Of a stretch of DNA of 64,000 nt, positions 1-13,494 are shown piece by piece. Each line of letters begins with the position of its first letter. Position 1 is the stretch's first letter. Location of the stretch: NCBI GenBank assembly GCA_964557115.1, contig CAZKYO010000014.1:6144-70143 (forward strand), in the 5' to 3' direction. The notes below the pieces were generated by a model that was given only the letters and a program-made list of their open reading frames with translations, did not search any database and was not told the origin of the DNA. The DNA comes from an uncultured Gemmatimonadaceae bacterium (GTDB lineage: Bacteria > Gemmatimonadota > Gemmatimonadetes > Gemmatimonadales > GWC2-71-9). The translations under genes were made by a program, and so were the position numbers.

Positions 1-2
1 CC

Positions 3-743
3 CCCGACGGCACCGCACCCTGCCTGCTCCACGGCTACGGTGCCTACGGCTACCCGTATCCGGTCACCTTCTCCTCGAACCGCCTCTCGTTGCTGGAGCG
101 CGGGGTGACCGTGGCGATCGCGCACGTCCGCGGCGGCGGCGAGATGGGAAAGCGTTGGCACGATGCCGGCCGGATGGAGCACAAGCGGAATACCTTCACC
201 GACTTCCTGGCCGCGGCCGACGCGCTGGTGGCTTCGGGCGAGGCGGCCCCGGACCGGATCGCCGTCGAGGGCGGCAGCGCCGGCGGCCTGTTGATGGGGG
301 CCGTGGTGAACCTGGCGCCCGACCGCTTCGGTGCCGTGCTCTCGCAGGTGCCGTTCGTCGACGTGCTCAACACGATGTCCGACGCGACCCTGCCGCTCAC
401 CGTCGGCGAGTACGAGGAATGGGGCAACCCGGAGGTGCCGGAGCAGTTCGCCTGGATCCGCGAGTACGACCCCTACAACAACCTCCGGCCGGGACCGCAC
501 TCGCCGATGCTCGTGCGGACCTCGCTCAATGATTCGCAGGTGATGTACTGGGAACCGGCGAAGTACGTGGCGCGGCTCCGCACGCTGGCCACCGGGGACG
601 CGCCGCTGCTGCTGCTGACGAACATGGGCGCCGGCCACGGCGGCGCGTCCGGGCGCTACGATCGTCTGCGGGAGATCGCGACGGACTACGCGTTCGTGCT
701 GGTGATGCTGGGAGTGGAGCCGGAGGCGCTGGCGCGCGGCTGA
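3..743 (+). CDS. ptrB: Oligopeptidase B / S9 family serine peptidase, C-terminal part (5'-truncated by window edge)
   Basis: Frame is open from base 3 (PDGTAPCLLHGYGAYG...). Contains the GGSAGG nucleophile motif, SLNDSQVMYWEPAKYVA (Asp) and GAGHGGASGR (His), typical of oligopeptidase B. Confidence 0.9.
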   Translation, partial: PDGTAPCLLHGYGAYGYPYPVTFSSNRLSLLERGVTVAIAHVRGGGEMGKRWHDAGRMEHKRNTFTDFLAAADALVASGEAAPDRIAVEGGSAGGLLMGAVVNLAPDRFGAVLSQVPFVDVLNTMSDATLPLTVGEYEEWGNPEVPEQFAWIREYDPYNNLRPGPHSPMLVRTSLNDSQVMYWEPAKYVARLRTLATGDAPLLLLTNMGAGHGGASGRYDRLREIATDYAFVLVMLGVEPEALARG

Positions 744-1883
744 TCAGTCCTCGCGGCCGCCGAGCGCCCGCCAGGCCTCGAGGGCCCGCTGCCGCGCGGC
801 GATCGGCGTCTCGGCCAGCGCGGTGAGGTGGCCCATCTTGCGGCCGGGGCGCGCCTCGCGCTTGCCGTACAGGTGCAGGCGCACGCCGGGCATCGCGAGC
901 GCCTTCTCGAACGGCGGTTCCCCGTCGACCCAGAGGTCGCCGAGGAGGTTCACCATCGCCGCCGGGGTCATCAGGCGCGTCTCCCCGAGCGGCATGCCGG
1001 CGAGGATGCGGGCCTGCTGCTCGAACTGCGAGGTCACCGAGGCGTCGAGGGTCCAGTGGCCGCTGTTGTGCGGCCGGGGCGCGATCTCGTTGACGAGCAC
1101 CCGGCGGTCGGTCGTCACGAAGCACTCCACGCCGAGCACGCCGACATAGTCGAGCGCCGCCGCGGTCTTGAGGGCCAGGCGGCGCGCCTCCGCGGCCGTC
1201 CCCTCGTTGACGGGGGCGGGGACCACGGTCGTGTGGAGGATTCCGCGGACGTGGCGATTCTCGCCGATCGGCCAGGTGCTCGCCGTGCCGTCGGCGGCGC
1301 GGCCGACCATCACCGACACCTCCGTCGCCAGCGAGACGCGTTCCTCGAGGATGCAGGGGACGCCGCCGAACCGCGTGAAGGCTGCCTCCACCTCGTCGGC
1401 GGAGGCGACCACCGCCTGGCCCTTGCCGTCGTAGCCGAGGCGCGAGGTCTTCAGGATCGCCGATGGCGCCGCGAGGCGCGACCAGGCCGTCGCGATGTCG
1501 GCCGCCGTCCCGACCGCCTCCCAGCGGGCCGTGGCCACTCCGAAATCGTTCAGGAAGCGCTTCTCGGTCACCCGGTCCTGCGCCACCGCCACGGCGTCGG
1601 CGCCGGGACGGACGGGGCAGTGGGCCGCGAGGGCGCGCAGGACGTCGGCGGGAACGTTCTCGAATTCGGTCGTCACGGCGGCGACGGTGCGGCCAAGCTC
1701 GGCGATCACGTCGGGGTCGTCCCAGCGCCTGGCGAGGTGACGGGTGGCCAGCTGCGCCGCCGGGGCCGCGGGATCCGGATCGACCACCGTGACCCGATAG
1801 CCGAGGCGGGCCGCCTCGCCGGCGAACATCCGTCCCAGCTGGCCGCCGCCGAGCAGGCCGAGCGTGGCGCCCGGCGGGATCAC
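744..1883 (-). CDS. purK: N5-carboxyaminoimidazole ribonucleotide synthase (ATP-grasp)
   Basis: GTG start overlapping the purE stop. Motifs [59 protein letters not shown]. Confidence 0.96.
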   Translation of the reverse strand: MIPPGATLGLLGGGQLGRMFAGEAARLGYRVTVVDPDPAAPAAQLATRHLARRWDDPDVIAELGRTVAAVTTEFENVPADVLRALAAHCPVRPGADAVAVAQDRVTEKRFLNDFGVATARWEAVGTAADIATAWSRLAAPSAILKTSRLGYDGKGQAVVASADEVEAAFTRFGGVPCILEERVSLATEVSVMVGRAADGTASTWPIGENRHVRGILHTTVVPAPVNEGTAAEARRLALKTAAALDYVGVLGVECFVTTDRRVLVNEIAPRPHNSGHWTLDASVTSQFEQQARILAGMPLGETRLMTPAAMVNLLGDLWVDGEPPFEKALAMPGVRLHLYGKREARPGRKMGHLTALAETPIAARQRALEAWRALGGRED

Positions 1884-2373
1884 GCGGGGTCGGGCAGCGA
1901 GAGGCCCAGGACCCGCGCCTCCTGCGAGGCGCGGAAGGCGGCGAGCCGCTCCGCCAGCGCGGGATCGGTGGTGGCGAGCATCGCCACCGCGAAGAGTGCG
2001 GCGTTGTGGGAACCCGCCTCGCCGATCGCGAAGGTCGCCACCGGGACCCCGGCGGGCATCTGCACGATCGAGAGGAGCGAGTCCATCCCCTTGAGGTGGC
2101 GGCTGGGGACCGGCACGCCAAGAACCGGGAGGGTCGTCCTGGCGGCGAGCATGCCGGGGAGGTGGGCGGCACCTCCGGCACCGGCGATGATGCACCGGAG
2201 CCCGCGCTCGGCCGCCGTGTCGGCGTACTCGAACAGCAGCCCGGGCGTGCGGTGGGCCGAGACCACGCGCCGCTCGTGCGGCACGCCGAAGTCGCGGAGC
2301 CGACCGGCGGCGTGCTGCATCACGTCCCAGTCCGAGTCGCTGCCCATCACGAGACCCACCAGCGGTCGCTCGC

Positions 2374-2377
<4 letters not shown>
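1880..2377 (-). CDS. purE: N5-CAIR mutase
   Basis: [51 protein letters not shown]. Confidence 0.97.
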
Positions 2378-5039
<2,662 letters not shown>

Positions 5040-5043
<4 letters not shown>

Positions 5044-6434
5044 ACCGGCGCCGCCATCGGCGGGGTGGCATGGCGCATCGCGTTGACGTCGTCGGGGATC
5101 TCGGTCGGGTAGTCGCCGGAGAAGCAGGCGTGGCACCAGCCGCTCGACGCGCCGGCGGCGTGGACCATCTCGTCGAGCGTGAGGTACTCGAGCGAGTCGA
5201 CGCCCAGGTAGTCGCGGATCTCCTCGCGGGAGTGGTTCGCCGCGATCAGCTCGTCGCGAGTCGGCGTGTCGATGCCGTAGTGGCACGGCCCGGTGATCGG
5301 CGGCGAACCGAGGCGGAGGTGCACCGCGCGGGCGCCGGCGCCGCGGATCATCTGCACCAGCCCCTTGCTCGTGGTGCCGCGGACCAGCGAGTCGTCGATC
5401 ACGACCACCGATCGGCCGGCGATCACGTCGCGCACCGGGTTGAACTTGATCCGCACCTTCGCGACCCGCAGCGCCTGGGTGGGGTTGATGAACGTGCGAC
5501 CGACGTAGTGGTTGCGGATCAGGCCGTGCTCGAGCTTGACGCCCGAGACCTCGGAGTAGCCCAGCGCCATCACGTTGGCGGAGTCGGGCACCGAGAACAC
5601 CACGTCGGCGTCGGGGGCGGCGTGGTGGCGCGCCAGCTGGCGCCCCAGTTCCCGGCGCACGTGGTCGACCGACTCGCCGAAGACGGTGGAGTCGGGGCGG
5701 GCGAAGTACACCAGCTCGAAGATGCAGCGGCTCACCCGGCGCGGCGTGAGCGGCGCCAGGTCGGTGATCATCCCGTCCTCGATCCGGATGAACTCGCCCG
5801 GCTGCAGCTCGCGCACGTCGCTCGCGCCGACCAGGTCGAAGGCGCAGGTCTCGCTGGCCACCACGACGCCCTGGCCGATCCGCGCCACGAACAGCGGCCG
5901 GAAGCCGCGGGCGTCGACGGCGGCGTAGAGCGTCCGCCCGATCGAGATCACCACCGTGCAGGCGCCGTCGACGCGCTCGAGCGCCTCGCGGATCTGCGCC
6001 TCGCGGGTCGGGGCGTCGCTCCGCGCGATCAGGTGGATCAGCACCTCGGTGTCGGAACTCGACTGGAAGATCGCGCCCTCGCGGGTCAGCGCGTCGCGGA
6101 TCTCCTGGGCATTGGTGAGGTTGCCGTTGTGGGCCACCGACAGCGGCCCGTCATGGTAGTTGACGAGGTAGGGCTGCGCGTTCGCCAGCACGGTGCTCCC
6201 CGCCGTGCTGTAGCGGGTGTGGCCGACCGCGATGTCACCCTCGATGGCCTGGAAGGTCGACTCGTCGAAGAGGTCGGCCACCAGTCCCATGCCCCGGTGG
6301 AGCCTGGCCTGGCCGGTGACGTCGACCGCGACGATCCCCGCGCTCTCCTGGCCGCGATGCTGCAGCGCGTACAGCCCCAGGTAGGCGGTCCGTGCCGCGC
6401 CGTCGATCCCCGAGACTCCGATCACGCCACACAT
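5040..6434 (-). CDS. purF: Amidophosphoribosyltransferase
   Basis: N-terminal MCG (Ntn Cys), QHRGQESAG, PRPP motif VVIDDSLVRGTTS, Fe-S cysteines (PCHYGID, CHACF). Confidence 0.97.
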
Positions 6435-6438
6435 CCGC

Positions 6439-8730
6439 TCACTCCTCGGTCGCGCCGAGGGGCGCGGCCATCCGACGGGGAATCGCCTCGAGCTGGATGC
6501 TTCGCAGTCTCGGCACCGACCAGCGCCAGCTGTTGTCGCGACGCCGGATCACCAGGTCGCCGCCGGGGGCGCCCACCAGTCCAAGGTAATGGCAGGGCAG
6601 GCCGTGTCGGGCGGCCAGTGCCTGCAGCGCCGCCACGTGCTGCGGCCGACAGCTCAGGAGCGCCCGCGCGCCATCCTCGCCGAAGAGCCAGCCGGCGTCG
6701 TCCACCGCCTCCGCGTGGCCGGCGAGGTCGGCCTCCGCGCCGAAGCAGCGCGTCGCCCAGGGCCCGCCGATGCACGCCTCCGCGATGGCCAGCGCCAGCC
6801 CGCCGTCGCTCAGGTCGTGGGCCGAGGCCATGAGTCGTTCGCGAGCGACCTCCACCAGGAGGTCCTGCAGGGCGCGCTCGCGCACGAGGTCGATCGGTGG
6901 CGGGGCGCCGCCGGTGCAGTCGAGCAGCTCGGCCCAGTAGGCGCTGCCGCCGAGGTGGCCCGCGGTGTGGCCCACGAGCAGGATCGCGTCGCCCTCGGCC
7001 TGGAACTCGCTCGGCACCGCGGCGGTCACGTCGTCGAGGAGGCCGATCATCCCGACGGTCGGCGTCGGCTGGATCGCCCCGAGCGGCGACTGGTTGTAGA
7101 GCGACACGTTGCCGCCGGTCACCGGCGTGTCGAACGCGCGGCACGCGTCGGAGATGCCGCGGCACGCCTCGCGGAACTGGAAGAAGACCTCGGGCCGCTC
7201 CGGATTGCCGAAGTTGAGGCAGTCGGTGATGCCGAGCGGCCGCGCCCCGGTGCAGGCGATGTTGCGCGCCGCCTCCGCGACGACCCCCTTGCCGCCCTCG
7301 TACGGATCGAGCAGGACGTGGCGGGCGTTGCAGTCGACCGTCATCGCGAGCGCGAAGTCGGTGTCCTCGACGCGCAGCACGCCGGCATCGCCGCCCGGCG
7401 GTGCGACGCTGCGCCCGCGCACCGTGCCGTCGTACTGCTCGAAGACCCAGCGCTTGCTGGCCAGCGTCGGAGCGTCGAGCAGCCGCTCCAGCGCCGCCAC
7501 GTGGTCCGGCGCCGCCACGGTCGGCCGCAGGGCGCGGCGCGCGACCGCCGCGTCGCCCTCGCGCGCCTCGGGATGGTAGATCGGGCAGCCCTCGACCAGC
7601 TCCTGTCCCGGGATCGCGGCGACGCAGAGTCCGTCGTGGATCACCCGGAAGAGCCCGTCGTCGGTCACGCGGCCGACCACCGTGGCGTCCTGCTCCCAGC
7701 GCTGGCAGACCGCGCGGATCTCGTCGACCCGGTGCGGCTCGGCCACCACCAGCATCCGTTCCTGCGATTCCGACAGCATGATCTCGTAGGGCGTCATGCC
7801 GGGTTCCCGCGTCGGCACCGCGCTGGTGTCGAGCTCGACACCGACGCCGCCACGCGCGGCCATCTCGGCCGACGACGACGTCAGGCCCGCGGCGCCCATG
7901 TCCTGGATCGCGACGATGTAGTCGCCGCGGATCAGCTCGATCGAGGCCTCGAGCAGCAGCTTCTCGGTGAACGGATCGCCGACCTGCACCTGCGGGCGGC
8001 GCGCCTCGCTCTCGGCGGTGAGGTCCTCCGAGGCGAACGAGGCGCCGTGGATCCCGTCGCGACCGGTCCTGGCGCCGACCGCGAGCAGCAGGTTGCCGAC
8101 GCCGTGGGCGCGCGCGGTGATCAGCTCGTCGGCCCGGAGCAGCCCGACCGCCATCGCGTTGACCAGCGGGTTGCCGCTGTAGCACGGGTCGAAGCGCACC
8201 TCGCCGCCGAGCGTCGGCACGCCCATGCAGTTGCCGTAGTCGCCGACTCCCTTGACCACCCCGGCGAACAGGTAGCGGTTGCGCGCATCGTCGAGCGGCC
8301 CGAAGCGGAGCGAGTTGAGCAGGGCCACCGGCCGGGCGCCCATGGTGAACACGTCGCGCAGGATGCCGCCGACGCCGGTCGCGGCGCCCTGGTACGGCTC
8401 CACCGCACTCGGGTGGTTGTGCGACTCGATCTTGAAGGCCACCGCCCAGCCATCGGGCAGCGACAGCACGCCGGCGTTCTCGCCCGGTCCCTGCAGCACC
8501 TGCGGCCCCTCGGTCGGGAAGGTGCGGAGGACCGGCTTGGTGTGCTTGTAGGAGCAGTGCTCGGACCAGAGCGCGGAGAAGATCCCCAGTTCGGTCAGGG
8601 TCGGCTCGCGCCCGCCCAGCAGGCCGCGGATCGCGTCGTGCTCCGCCGGCGTGAGCTTGTGCTCGCGCACCACCGCCTCGGTGACGGGGCGCTCGCCCGG
8701 GAACGGCTGTGCATCGGTCAGGACGGTCAT
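6439..8730 (-). CDS. purL: Phosphoribosylformylglycinamidine synthase subunit PurL
   Basis: [60 protein letters not shown]. Confidence 0.97.
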   Translation of the reverse strand: MTVLTDAQPFPGERPVTEAVVREHKLTPAEHDAIRGLLGGREPTLTELGIFSALWSEHCSYKHTKPVLRTFPTEGPQVLQGPGENAGVLSLPDGWAVAFKIESHNHPSAVEPYQGAATGVGGILRDVFTMGARPVALLNSLRFGPLDDARNRYLFAGVVKGVGDYGNCMGVPTLGGEVRFDPCYSGNPLVNAMAVGLLRADELITARAHGVGNLLLAVGARTGRDGIHGASFASEDLTAESEARRPQVQVGDPFTEKLLLEASIELIRGDYIVAIQDMGAAGLTSSSAEMAARGGVGVELDTSAVPTREPGMTPYEIMLSESQERMLVVAEPHRVDEIRAVCQRWEQDATVVGRVTDDGLFRVIHDGLCVAAIPGQELVEGCPIYHPEAREGDAAVARRALRPTVAAPDHVAALERLLDAPTLASKRWVFEQYDGTVRGRSVAPPGGDAGVLRVEDTDFALAMTVDCNARHVLLDPYEGGKGVVAEAARNIACTGARPLGITDCLNFGNPERPEVFFQFREACRGISDACRAFDTPVTGGNVSLYNQSPLGAIQPTPTVGMIGLLDDVTAAVPSEFQAEGDAILLVGHTAGHLGGSAYWAELLDCTGGAPPPIDLVRERALQDLLVEVARERLMASAHDLSDGGLALAIAEACIGGPWATRCFGAEADLAGHAEAVDDAGWLFGEDGARALLSCRPQHVAALQALAARHGLPCHYLGLVGAPGGDLVIRRRDNSWRWSVPRLRSIQLEAIPRRMAAPLGATEE

Positions 8731-9431
8731 GCCGCCGCCCCCGTCCCGGCGAGCCGGTCGACCAGCGAGGTGAAGAAGCCGATGCCGATGTCGCTGCCGA
8801 GCGCCGGTTCGGCCAGTCGCTCGGGATGCGGCATGAAGCCGACCACGTTGCCGGCGGGATTGCAGATGCCGGCGATGTCGCGGGCAGAGCCGTTGGGATT
8901 GTGCGGCATGTCGCTGCCCGGCACCGCCACGTAGCGCAGCACCACCTGGCCGTCGGCCTCGAGGGCGTCAAGCGTCGCCTCGTCGGCGGTGTAGCGGCCC
9001 TCGCCGTGGGCGAGCGGGACGCGCAGCACCTGGCCGCGGGCGAAGCGGCCGGTCATCGCGGTGTCGGTCCGCTCGATGCGCAGGTCCACCGGGCGCGCGG
9101 TGAAGCGCTGCTGCCCGTTGTGCAGCAGCGCGCCGGGCAGCAGGTGCGCCTCGCAGAGGATCTGGAAGCCGTTGCAGATGCCGATCACCGGCGCACCGGT
9201 CTCGGCGAGCTCGCGGACCGGCCCCATCACCGGGGCGAAGCGGGCGATCGCCCCGCTCCGGAGGTAGTCGCCGTAGGAGAAGCCGCCGGGCAGGATCACC
9301 GCCTCCGCGCCGTCGAGCGCGGTGGCGCGGTAGTCGAGCAGGATCGCCTCGCCGCCGGCGTTCCGCACCGCGCGCAGCGTCTCGTCCTCGCAGTTGCTGC
9401 CGGGGAAGCGCACCACCGCCACGCGCGCCAT
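8727..9431 (-). CDS. purQ: FGAM synthase glutaminase subunit PurQ
   Basis: [42 protein letters not shown]. Confidence 0.96.
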   Translation of the reverse strand: MARVAVVRFPGSNCEDETLRAVRNAGGEAILLDYRATALDGAEAVILPGGFSYGDYLRSGAIARFAPVMGPVRELAETGAPVIGICNGFQILCEAHLLPGALLHNGQQRFTARPVDLRIERTDTAMTGRFARGQVLRVPLAHGEGRYTADEATLDALEADGQVVLRYVAVPGSDMPHNPNGSARDIAGICNPAGNVVGFMPHPERLAEPALGSDIGIGFFTSLVDRLAGTGAAA

Positions 9432-9679
9432 CAGCCCTCCACCGCCACCACGAAGTCCTCGGTCACCGGGTTCGCGAGCAGCTTCTCGCACATCCGGCGC
9501 GCCGCCGCCTCGGCCTCCGCCGCGCTCGACGCGTCGATGCCGAGCTCGATCGCCTTGCCGACGCGGACGTCCCGCACCCCGCCGAAGCCGAGCGAGCCGA
9601 GGGCGTGCTCGACGGCCTGGCCCTGGGGATCGAGGAGGCCGGGCCGGGGGATCACGCGGACGTGGACGCGAAAGGTCAT
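9431..9679 (-). CDS. purS: FGAM synthase subunit PurS
   Basis: 82 aa. GLLDPQGQAV, VRVGK, MCEKLLANPVTE. Lies directly upstream of purQ. Confidence 0.95.
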   Translation of the reverse strand: MTFRVHVRVIPRPGLLDPQGQAVEHALGSLGFGGVRDVRVGKAIELGIDASSAAEAEAAARRMCEKLLANPVTEDFVVAVEG

Positions 9680-10515
9680 GCGTGCGACTCCTGGTCGCGG
9701 CCGTCTGGCCGCAGCGGGGTGGGGTCCGGCTCGTCGGCCGGGAGGAAATCGGTGTCGTCGTCGCCGCGGGTGAGGCCGTCCCACAGCGCCCGGAGGAGAC
9801 CGTAGGCGACGTAGGTGATCCCGAGCGGGAAGAGGAAGTGCTCCGGGACCAGCAGGCCGCCGGCGAGCACCAGCAGGTACACCGCGAGTCCGGCCAGTCG
9901 CTCGGCGCTCCCGAAGCCCGCCGCGGGCCAGCGCGGGTACTGCACGTTGCTGACCATCAGCACCGCGAGCAGCAGCATCAGGATCGCGACGCCCTGGTGC
10001 TCGAAGTTGAGCGAGGCGAGCCGCGCCGTGTACCAGTCGGTGTGCGAGAACGCGTAGTACGTCGCCAGCGTCATCCCCGCCGACGGCGACGGCAGCCCGG
10101 TGAACCAGCCCGGCCGCCCGCGGCCGGACCCGGCCATGACGTTGAAGCGCGCCAGCCGGATCGCCGCCGCCATCACGTAGAAGTAGCAGATCAGCCAGGC
10201 GAAGCGGCCCGTCGCGCTGAACTCCTGCATGTAGAGCAGCAGCGCCGGGGCCACGCCGAAGGAGGTGAGGTCCACCAGCGAGTCGAGCTCGGCGCCGAAG
10301 CGGGAGCCGGCGTTGCTGAGCCGCGCGATCCGGCCGTCGAGCATGTCGAGGACGCCGGCGAAGACGATGAACCACCCGGCCCAGGAGAAGTTGCCGTTGT
10401 AGGCCGAGACGATCGCCCAGATCCCGAAGAAGAGGTTGCCGAGCGTGAAGGCGCTGGGCACCACCACCACCACGCGCCGCATGCGGCCGCTGCCGCCGTT
10501 CCGCTCGGTCCTCAC
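9676..10515 (-). CDS. pssA: CDP-diacylglycerol--serine O-phosphatidyltransferase
   Basis: PSAFTLGNLFFG, CDP-alcohol motif DMLDGRIAR...G..LDSLVD, LARFN, FTGLPSP. Start is GTG 10515 (overlapping the psd stop) or ATG 10482. Confidence 0.92.
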   Translation of the reverse strand: MRTERNGGSGRMRRVVVVVPSAFTLGNLFFGIWAIVSAYNGNFSWAGWFIVFAGVLDMLDGRIARLSNAGSRFGAELDSLVDLTSFGVAPALLLYMQEFSATGRFAWLICYFYVMAAAIRLARFNVMAGSGRGRPGWFTGLPSPSAGMTLATYYAFSHTDWYTARLASLNFEHQGVAILMLLLAVLMVSNVQYPRWPAAGFGSAERLAGLAVYLLVLAGGLLVPEHFLFPLGITYVAYGLLRALWDGLTRGDDDTDFLPADEPDPTPLRPDGRDQESHA

Positions 10516-11138
10516 GGCCACTCCGCGAGCACCGTCTGCCCGGCCCGGGTGATGTCGCCGAGGGCGACCTTGACCGGCGTGCCGGCGGGGAGGAAGACGT
10601 CGACCCGGGAGCCGAAGCGGATCAGCCCGAGCCGCTCGCCCTGCACGGCGGCGAAGCCGACCTGGTGGTCGGTCACGATGCGGCGGGCCACCAGCCCGGC
10701 GATCTGGCGCACCAGCAGCGTGCCGCGCGCGGTGCGCAGCCCGATGTCGCTCTGCTCGTTCTCGAGCGCGGCCTTCTCGACCGCGGCGTTGAAGAAGCGG
10801 CCGGCACGATAGGCGCGGTGGATCACCTCGCCGGTGACGGGATACCGGTTCACGTGGACGTCGAAGACGTTCATGAAGATCGACACTCGGGTCGCGGCGC
10901 CGCCCACGACGGTCGGCTCGTCGATCGGGATGATGCTGACGATGCGCCCGTCGGCCGGCGCGATCACGAACGCCTCGCCGCGCGGTCCCTGGCGCACCGG
11001 GTCGCGGAAGAACGCGACCACCCAGGCGGCGATCGGCAGCAGGATCAGCGCGGCGACCCACCAGCCGGCGAGCGCGAAGGCGAGCACGACGAGCCAGGCC
11101 AGCGCGATGAACGGGCGGCCTTCCGGGGCGATCCGCAT
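10512..11138 (-). CDS. psd: Phosphatidylserine decarboxylase proenzyme (short type)
   Basis: FFRDPVR, IAPADG, SIFMNVFDVHVNR, QIAGLVARRI, self-cleavage motif IRFGSRVD. Confidence 0.94.
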   Translation of the reverse strand: MRIAPEGRPFIALAWLVVLAFALAGWWVAALILLPIAAWVVAFFRDPVRQGPRGEAFVIAPADGRIVSIIPIDEPTVVGGAATRVSIFMNVFDVHVNRYPVTGEVIHRAYRAGRFFNAAVEKAALENEQSDIGLRTARGTLLVRQIAGLVARRIVTDHQVGFAAVQGERLGLIRFGSRVDVFLPAGTPVKVALGDITRAGQTVLAEWP

Positions 11139-12058
11139 CAGTCGAGCTCCAGGTCGGTGCCGGTCAGCCGGCGGTACGCCTCGCGATAGCGGTCCGACGC
11201 GGCCCGGACCACCGCCTCGGGGAGCGGCGGGGCGGGGGCCTCGCCGTTCCAGCGGCCCGCGTCGCGCTCGGCCTGCAGCCAGTCGCGGATCGGCTGCTTG
11301 TCGAAGCTCGGCTGGGCGCGGCCGGGCTGGTAGCCGTCGGCCGGCCAGAAGCGGGACGAGTCGGGCGTGAGCACCTCGTCGATGAGGAGCGGTTGGCCCC
11401 CCGTGTCGAGGCCGAACTCGAACTTGGTGTCCGCGATGATCAGGCCGCGCGCGTGGGCGACCTCGCGCCCGGCGGCATAGAGCGCGAGCGAGAGGTCGCG
11501 CAGCGCCTCGGCGAGGTCGGGGCCCAGTTCGTCGTGCATCCGACCGAACGTGACGTTCTCGTCGTGGCCGCTCGTCGCCTTGGTCGCGGGCGAGAACACC
11601 GGCGGGGCAATCGGCGCGGACTCGACCAGTCCGGTCGCGAGCGGCTCGCCGGCAAGGGTGCCCCCCCGGCGGTACTCGGCCCATGCGGAGCCGGCGAGGT
11701 AGCCCCGCACCACGCACTCGAACGCCACCGGGGCGGTGCGGCGCACCAGCATCGCCCGACCGGCGAGCTGGTCGCGGTGGGGGGCCAGCCCGGGGACCTC
11801 GGTGATGATCGCGTCCGCGTCCGCGGTGAGGAAGTGCGACCGGGTGATCGTCGAGAGCCGCTGGAACCAGAAGGCGGAGAGCTGCGTGAGGACGCGGCCC
11901 TTGTGCGGGATCGGCTGGTCGAGCACGACGTCGAAGGCGCTCACCCGGTCGCTGGCGATCATCAGCAGGCGGTCGTCATCCACCGCGTACACCTCGCGCA
12001 CCTTGCCGCGACGCCAGAGCGTGAGCGGCAGGCGGCTTTCCACCATCGGGGCGGTCAT
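11138..12058 (-). CDS. purC: SAICAR synthetase
   Basis: RGKVREVY, SDRVSAFD, ECVVRGYLAGS, IADTKFEFG, DEVLTPDSSRFW, SFDKQ. Confidence 0.97.
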   Translation of the reverse strand: MTAPMVESRLPLTLWRRGKVREVYAVDDDRLLMIASDRVSAFDVVLDQPIPHKGRVLTQLSAFWFQRLSTITRSHFLTADADAIITEVPGLAPHRDQLAGRAMLVRRTAPVAFECVVRGYLAGSAWAEYRRGGTLAGEPLATGLVESAPIAPPVFSPATKATSGHDENVTFGRMHDELGPDLAEALRDLSLALYAAGREVAHARGLIIADTKFEFGLDTGGQPLLIDEVLTPDSSRFWPADGYQPGRAQPSFDKQPIRDWLQAERDAGRWNGEAPAPPLPEAVVRAASDRYREAYRRLTGTDLELD

Positions 12059-13494
12059 ACCCGGAGCTCCGCGGCCGCGGCGCTCGTCGCGGCCGGCCGC
12101 GCGCGCGCGACGAGCGGATCGAGGAACTCCCGCAGGAACTCGCCGACCTGCTCCGGGGCACGGCCGACGTAGCGGGCCGGGTCGAGTTCGGCCTGGAGCC
12201 GGCGGGCGTCCACCGCGGCGAAGGCCGGGTCGCTCGCGAGGCGGTCGAGGAGGTCGTTCGGCGCGCCGCGGGCACTCGCCTCCGCGGCCGCCATCGAGTG
12301 GCCGCGGATCACCTCGTGCAGCGCCTGGCGGTCGCCGCCGGCCTGCACGCCGAGCATCAGCCATCGCTCGGTGGCCATGAACGGCATCTGCTCGGCCACG
12401 TGCCGCGCCACCACGCCGTCGCGCACCTCGAGCCCGGCGGCGATGTTGGCCGCGAGGAGCAGCACGGCGTCGGTCGCGAGGAACGCCTCGGGCAGGGTGA
12501 GTCGCCGGTTGGCGGAATCGTCGAGCGTCCGCTCGAGCCACTGGGCGGCGGCCGTGTGCGCCGCGTTCTGCTGCAGCGTGATGACGTGACGCGCCAGCGC
12601 CCCGATGCGCTCGGCGCGCATCGGGTTCCGCTTGTAGGCCATCGCGCTGGAGCCGATCTGCTCCGACTCGAACGGCTCGAGCAGCTCGCCCTCGTGCTGC
12701 AGCAACCGGAGGTCCGCGCCGAACTTCGCCGCCGACTGCGCGATGCCGCTGAGCACGTCGAGCACCCGGCTGTCGGCCTTGCGCGGGTAGGTCTGCCCGG
12801 TGACCGGGAAGACCCGGTCGTGGCCGAGTCGCCGCGCCACCTCGCGCTCGAGCTTGCGCACCGTCTCGCCGTTGCCGGCGAACAGCTCGAGGAACGACGC
12901 CTGCGTGCCGGTGGTCCCCTTGCAGCCCCGCAGCCGCCACTGGCCCAGCAGCTCGAGCAGCGCCTCCACGTCGAGCGCGAAGTCCTGCAGCCAGAGGGTC
13001 GCGCGCTTGCCCACCGTGGTGAGCTGCGCCGGCTGGAAGTGGGTGTAGGCGAGGCAGGGGAGGGCGGCATGGCGCTCGGCGACCTGGCGCAGCGCGTCGA
13101 TCACCGCCAGCAGGCGGCCGAGCACCAGCCGGAGGCCGTCGCGCAGGATCAGCCCGTCGGCGTTGTCGGTCACGAACGCGGACGTCGCGCCGAGGTGCAG
13201 GTAGGGCCGCGCCGCCGGGGCCTGCTCGCCGAACGCATGCACGTGGGCCATCACGTCGTGCCGGAAGCGCTTCTCGAACTCCGCGGCGCGGTCGAGGTCG
13301 GCGTCGTCGAGGTGCGCCCGCATCGCCTCCAGCGCGGCGTCGGGGATCTCGATGCCCAGCTGCCGCTCCGCCTCGGCGAGCGCGAGCCAGACCCGCCGCC
13401 ACTGGCCGATCCGGTGCGCCTCGCTCCAGAGGCGGAGCATCTCGGGCGAGGCGTAGCGCCCGGCCAGCGGGGAGTTCCAGCGTTCGTGGGTCAT
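12055..13494 (-). CDS. purB: Adenylosuccinate lyase
   Basis: SPLAGRYAS, RHDVMAHVH, HLGATSAFVTDN, THFQPAQLTTVGKR, signature GSSAMAYKRNP. Confidence 0.96.
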   Translation of the reverse strand: MTHERWNSPLAGRYASPEMLRLWSEAHRIGQWRRVWLALAEAERQLGIEIPDAALEAMRAHLDDADLDRAAEFEKRFRHDVMAHVHAFGEQAPAARPYLHLGATSAFVTDNADGLILRDGLRLVLGRLLAVIDALRQVAERHAALPCLAYTHFQPAQLTTVGKRATLWLQDFALDVEALLELLGQWRLRGCKGTTGTQASFLELFAGNGETVRKLEREVARRLGHDRVFPVTGQTYPRKADSRVLDVLSGIAQSAAKFGADLRLLQHEGELLEPFESEQIGSSAMAYKRNPMRAERIGALARHVITLQQNAAHTAAAQWLERTLDDSANRRLTLPEAFLATDAVLLLAANIAAGLEVRDGVVARHVAEQMPFMATERWLMLGVQAGGDRQALHEVIRGHSMAAAEASARGAPNDLLDRLASDPAFAAVDARRLQAELDPARYVGRAPEQVGEFLREFLDPLVARARPAATSAAAAELRV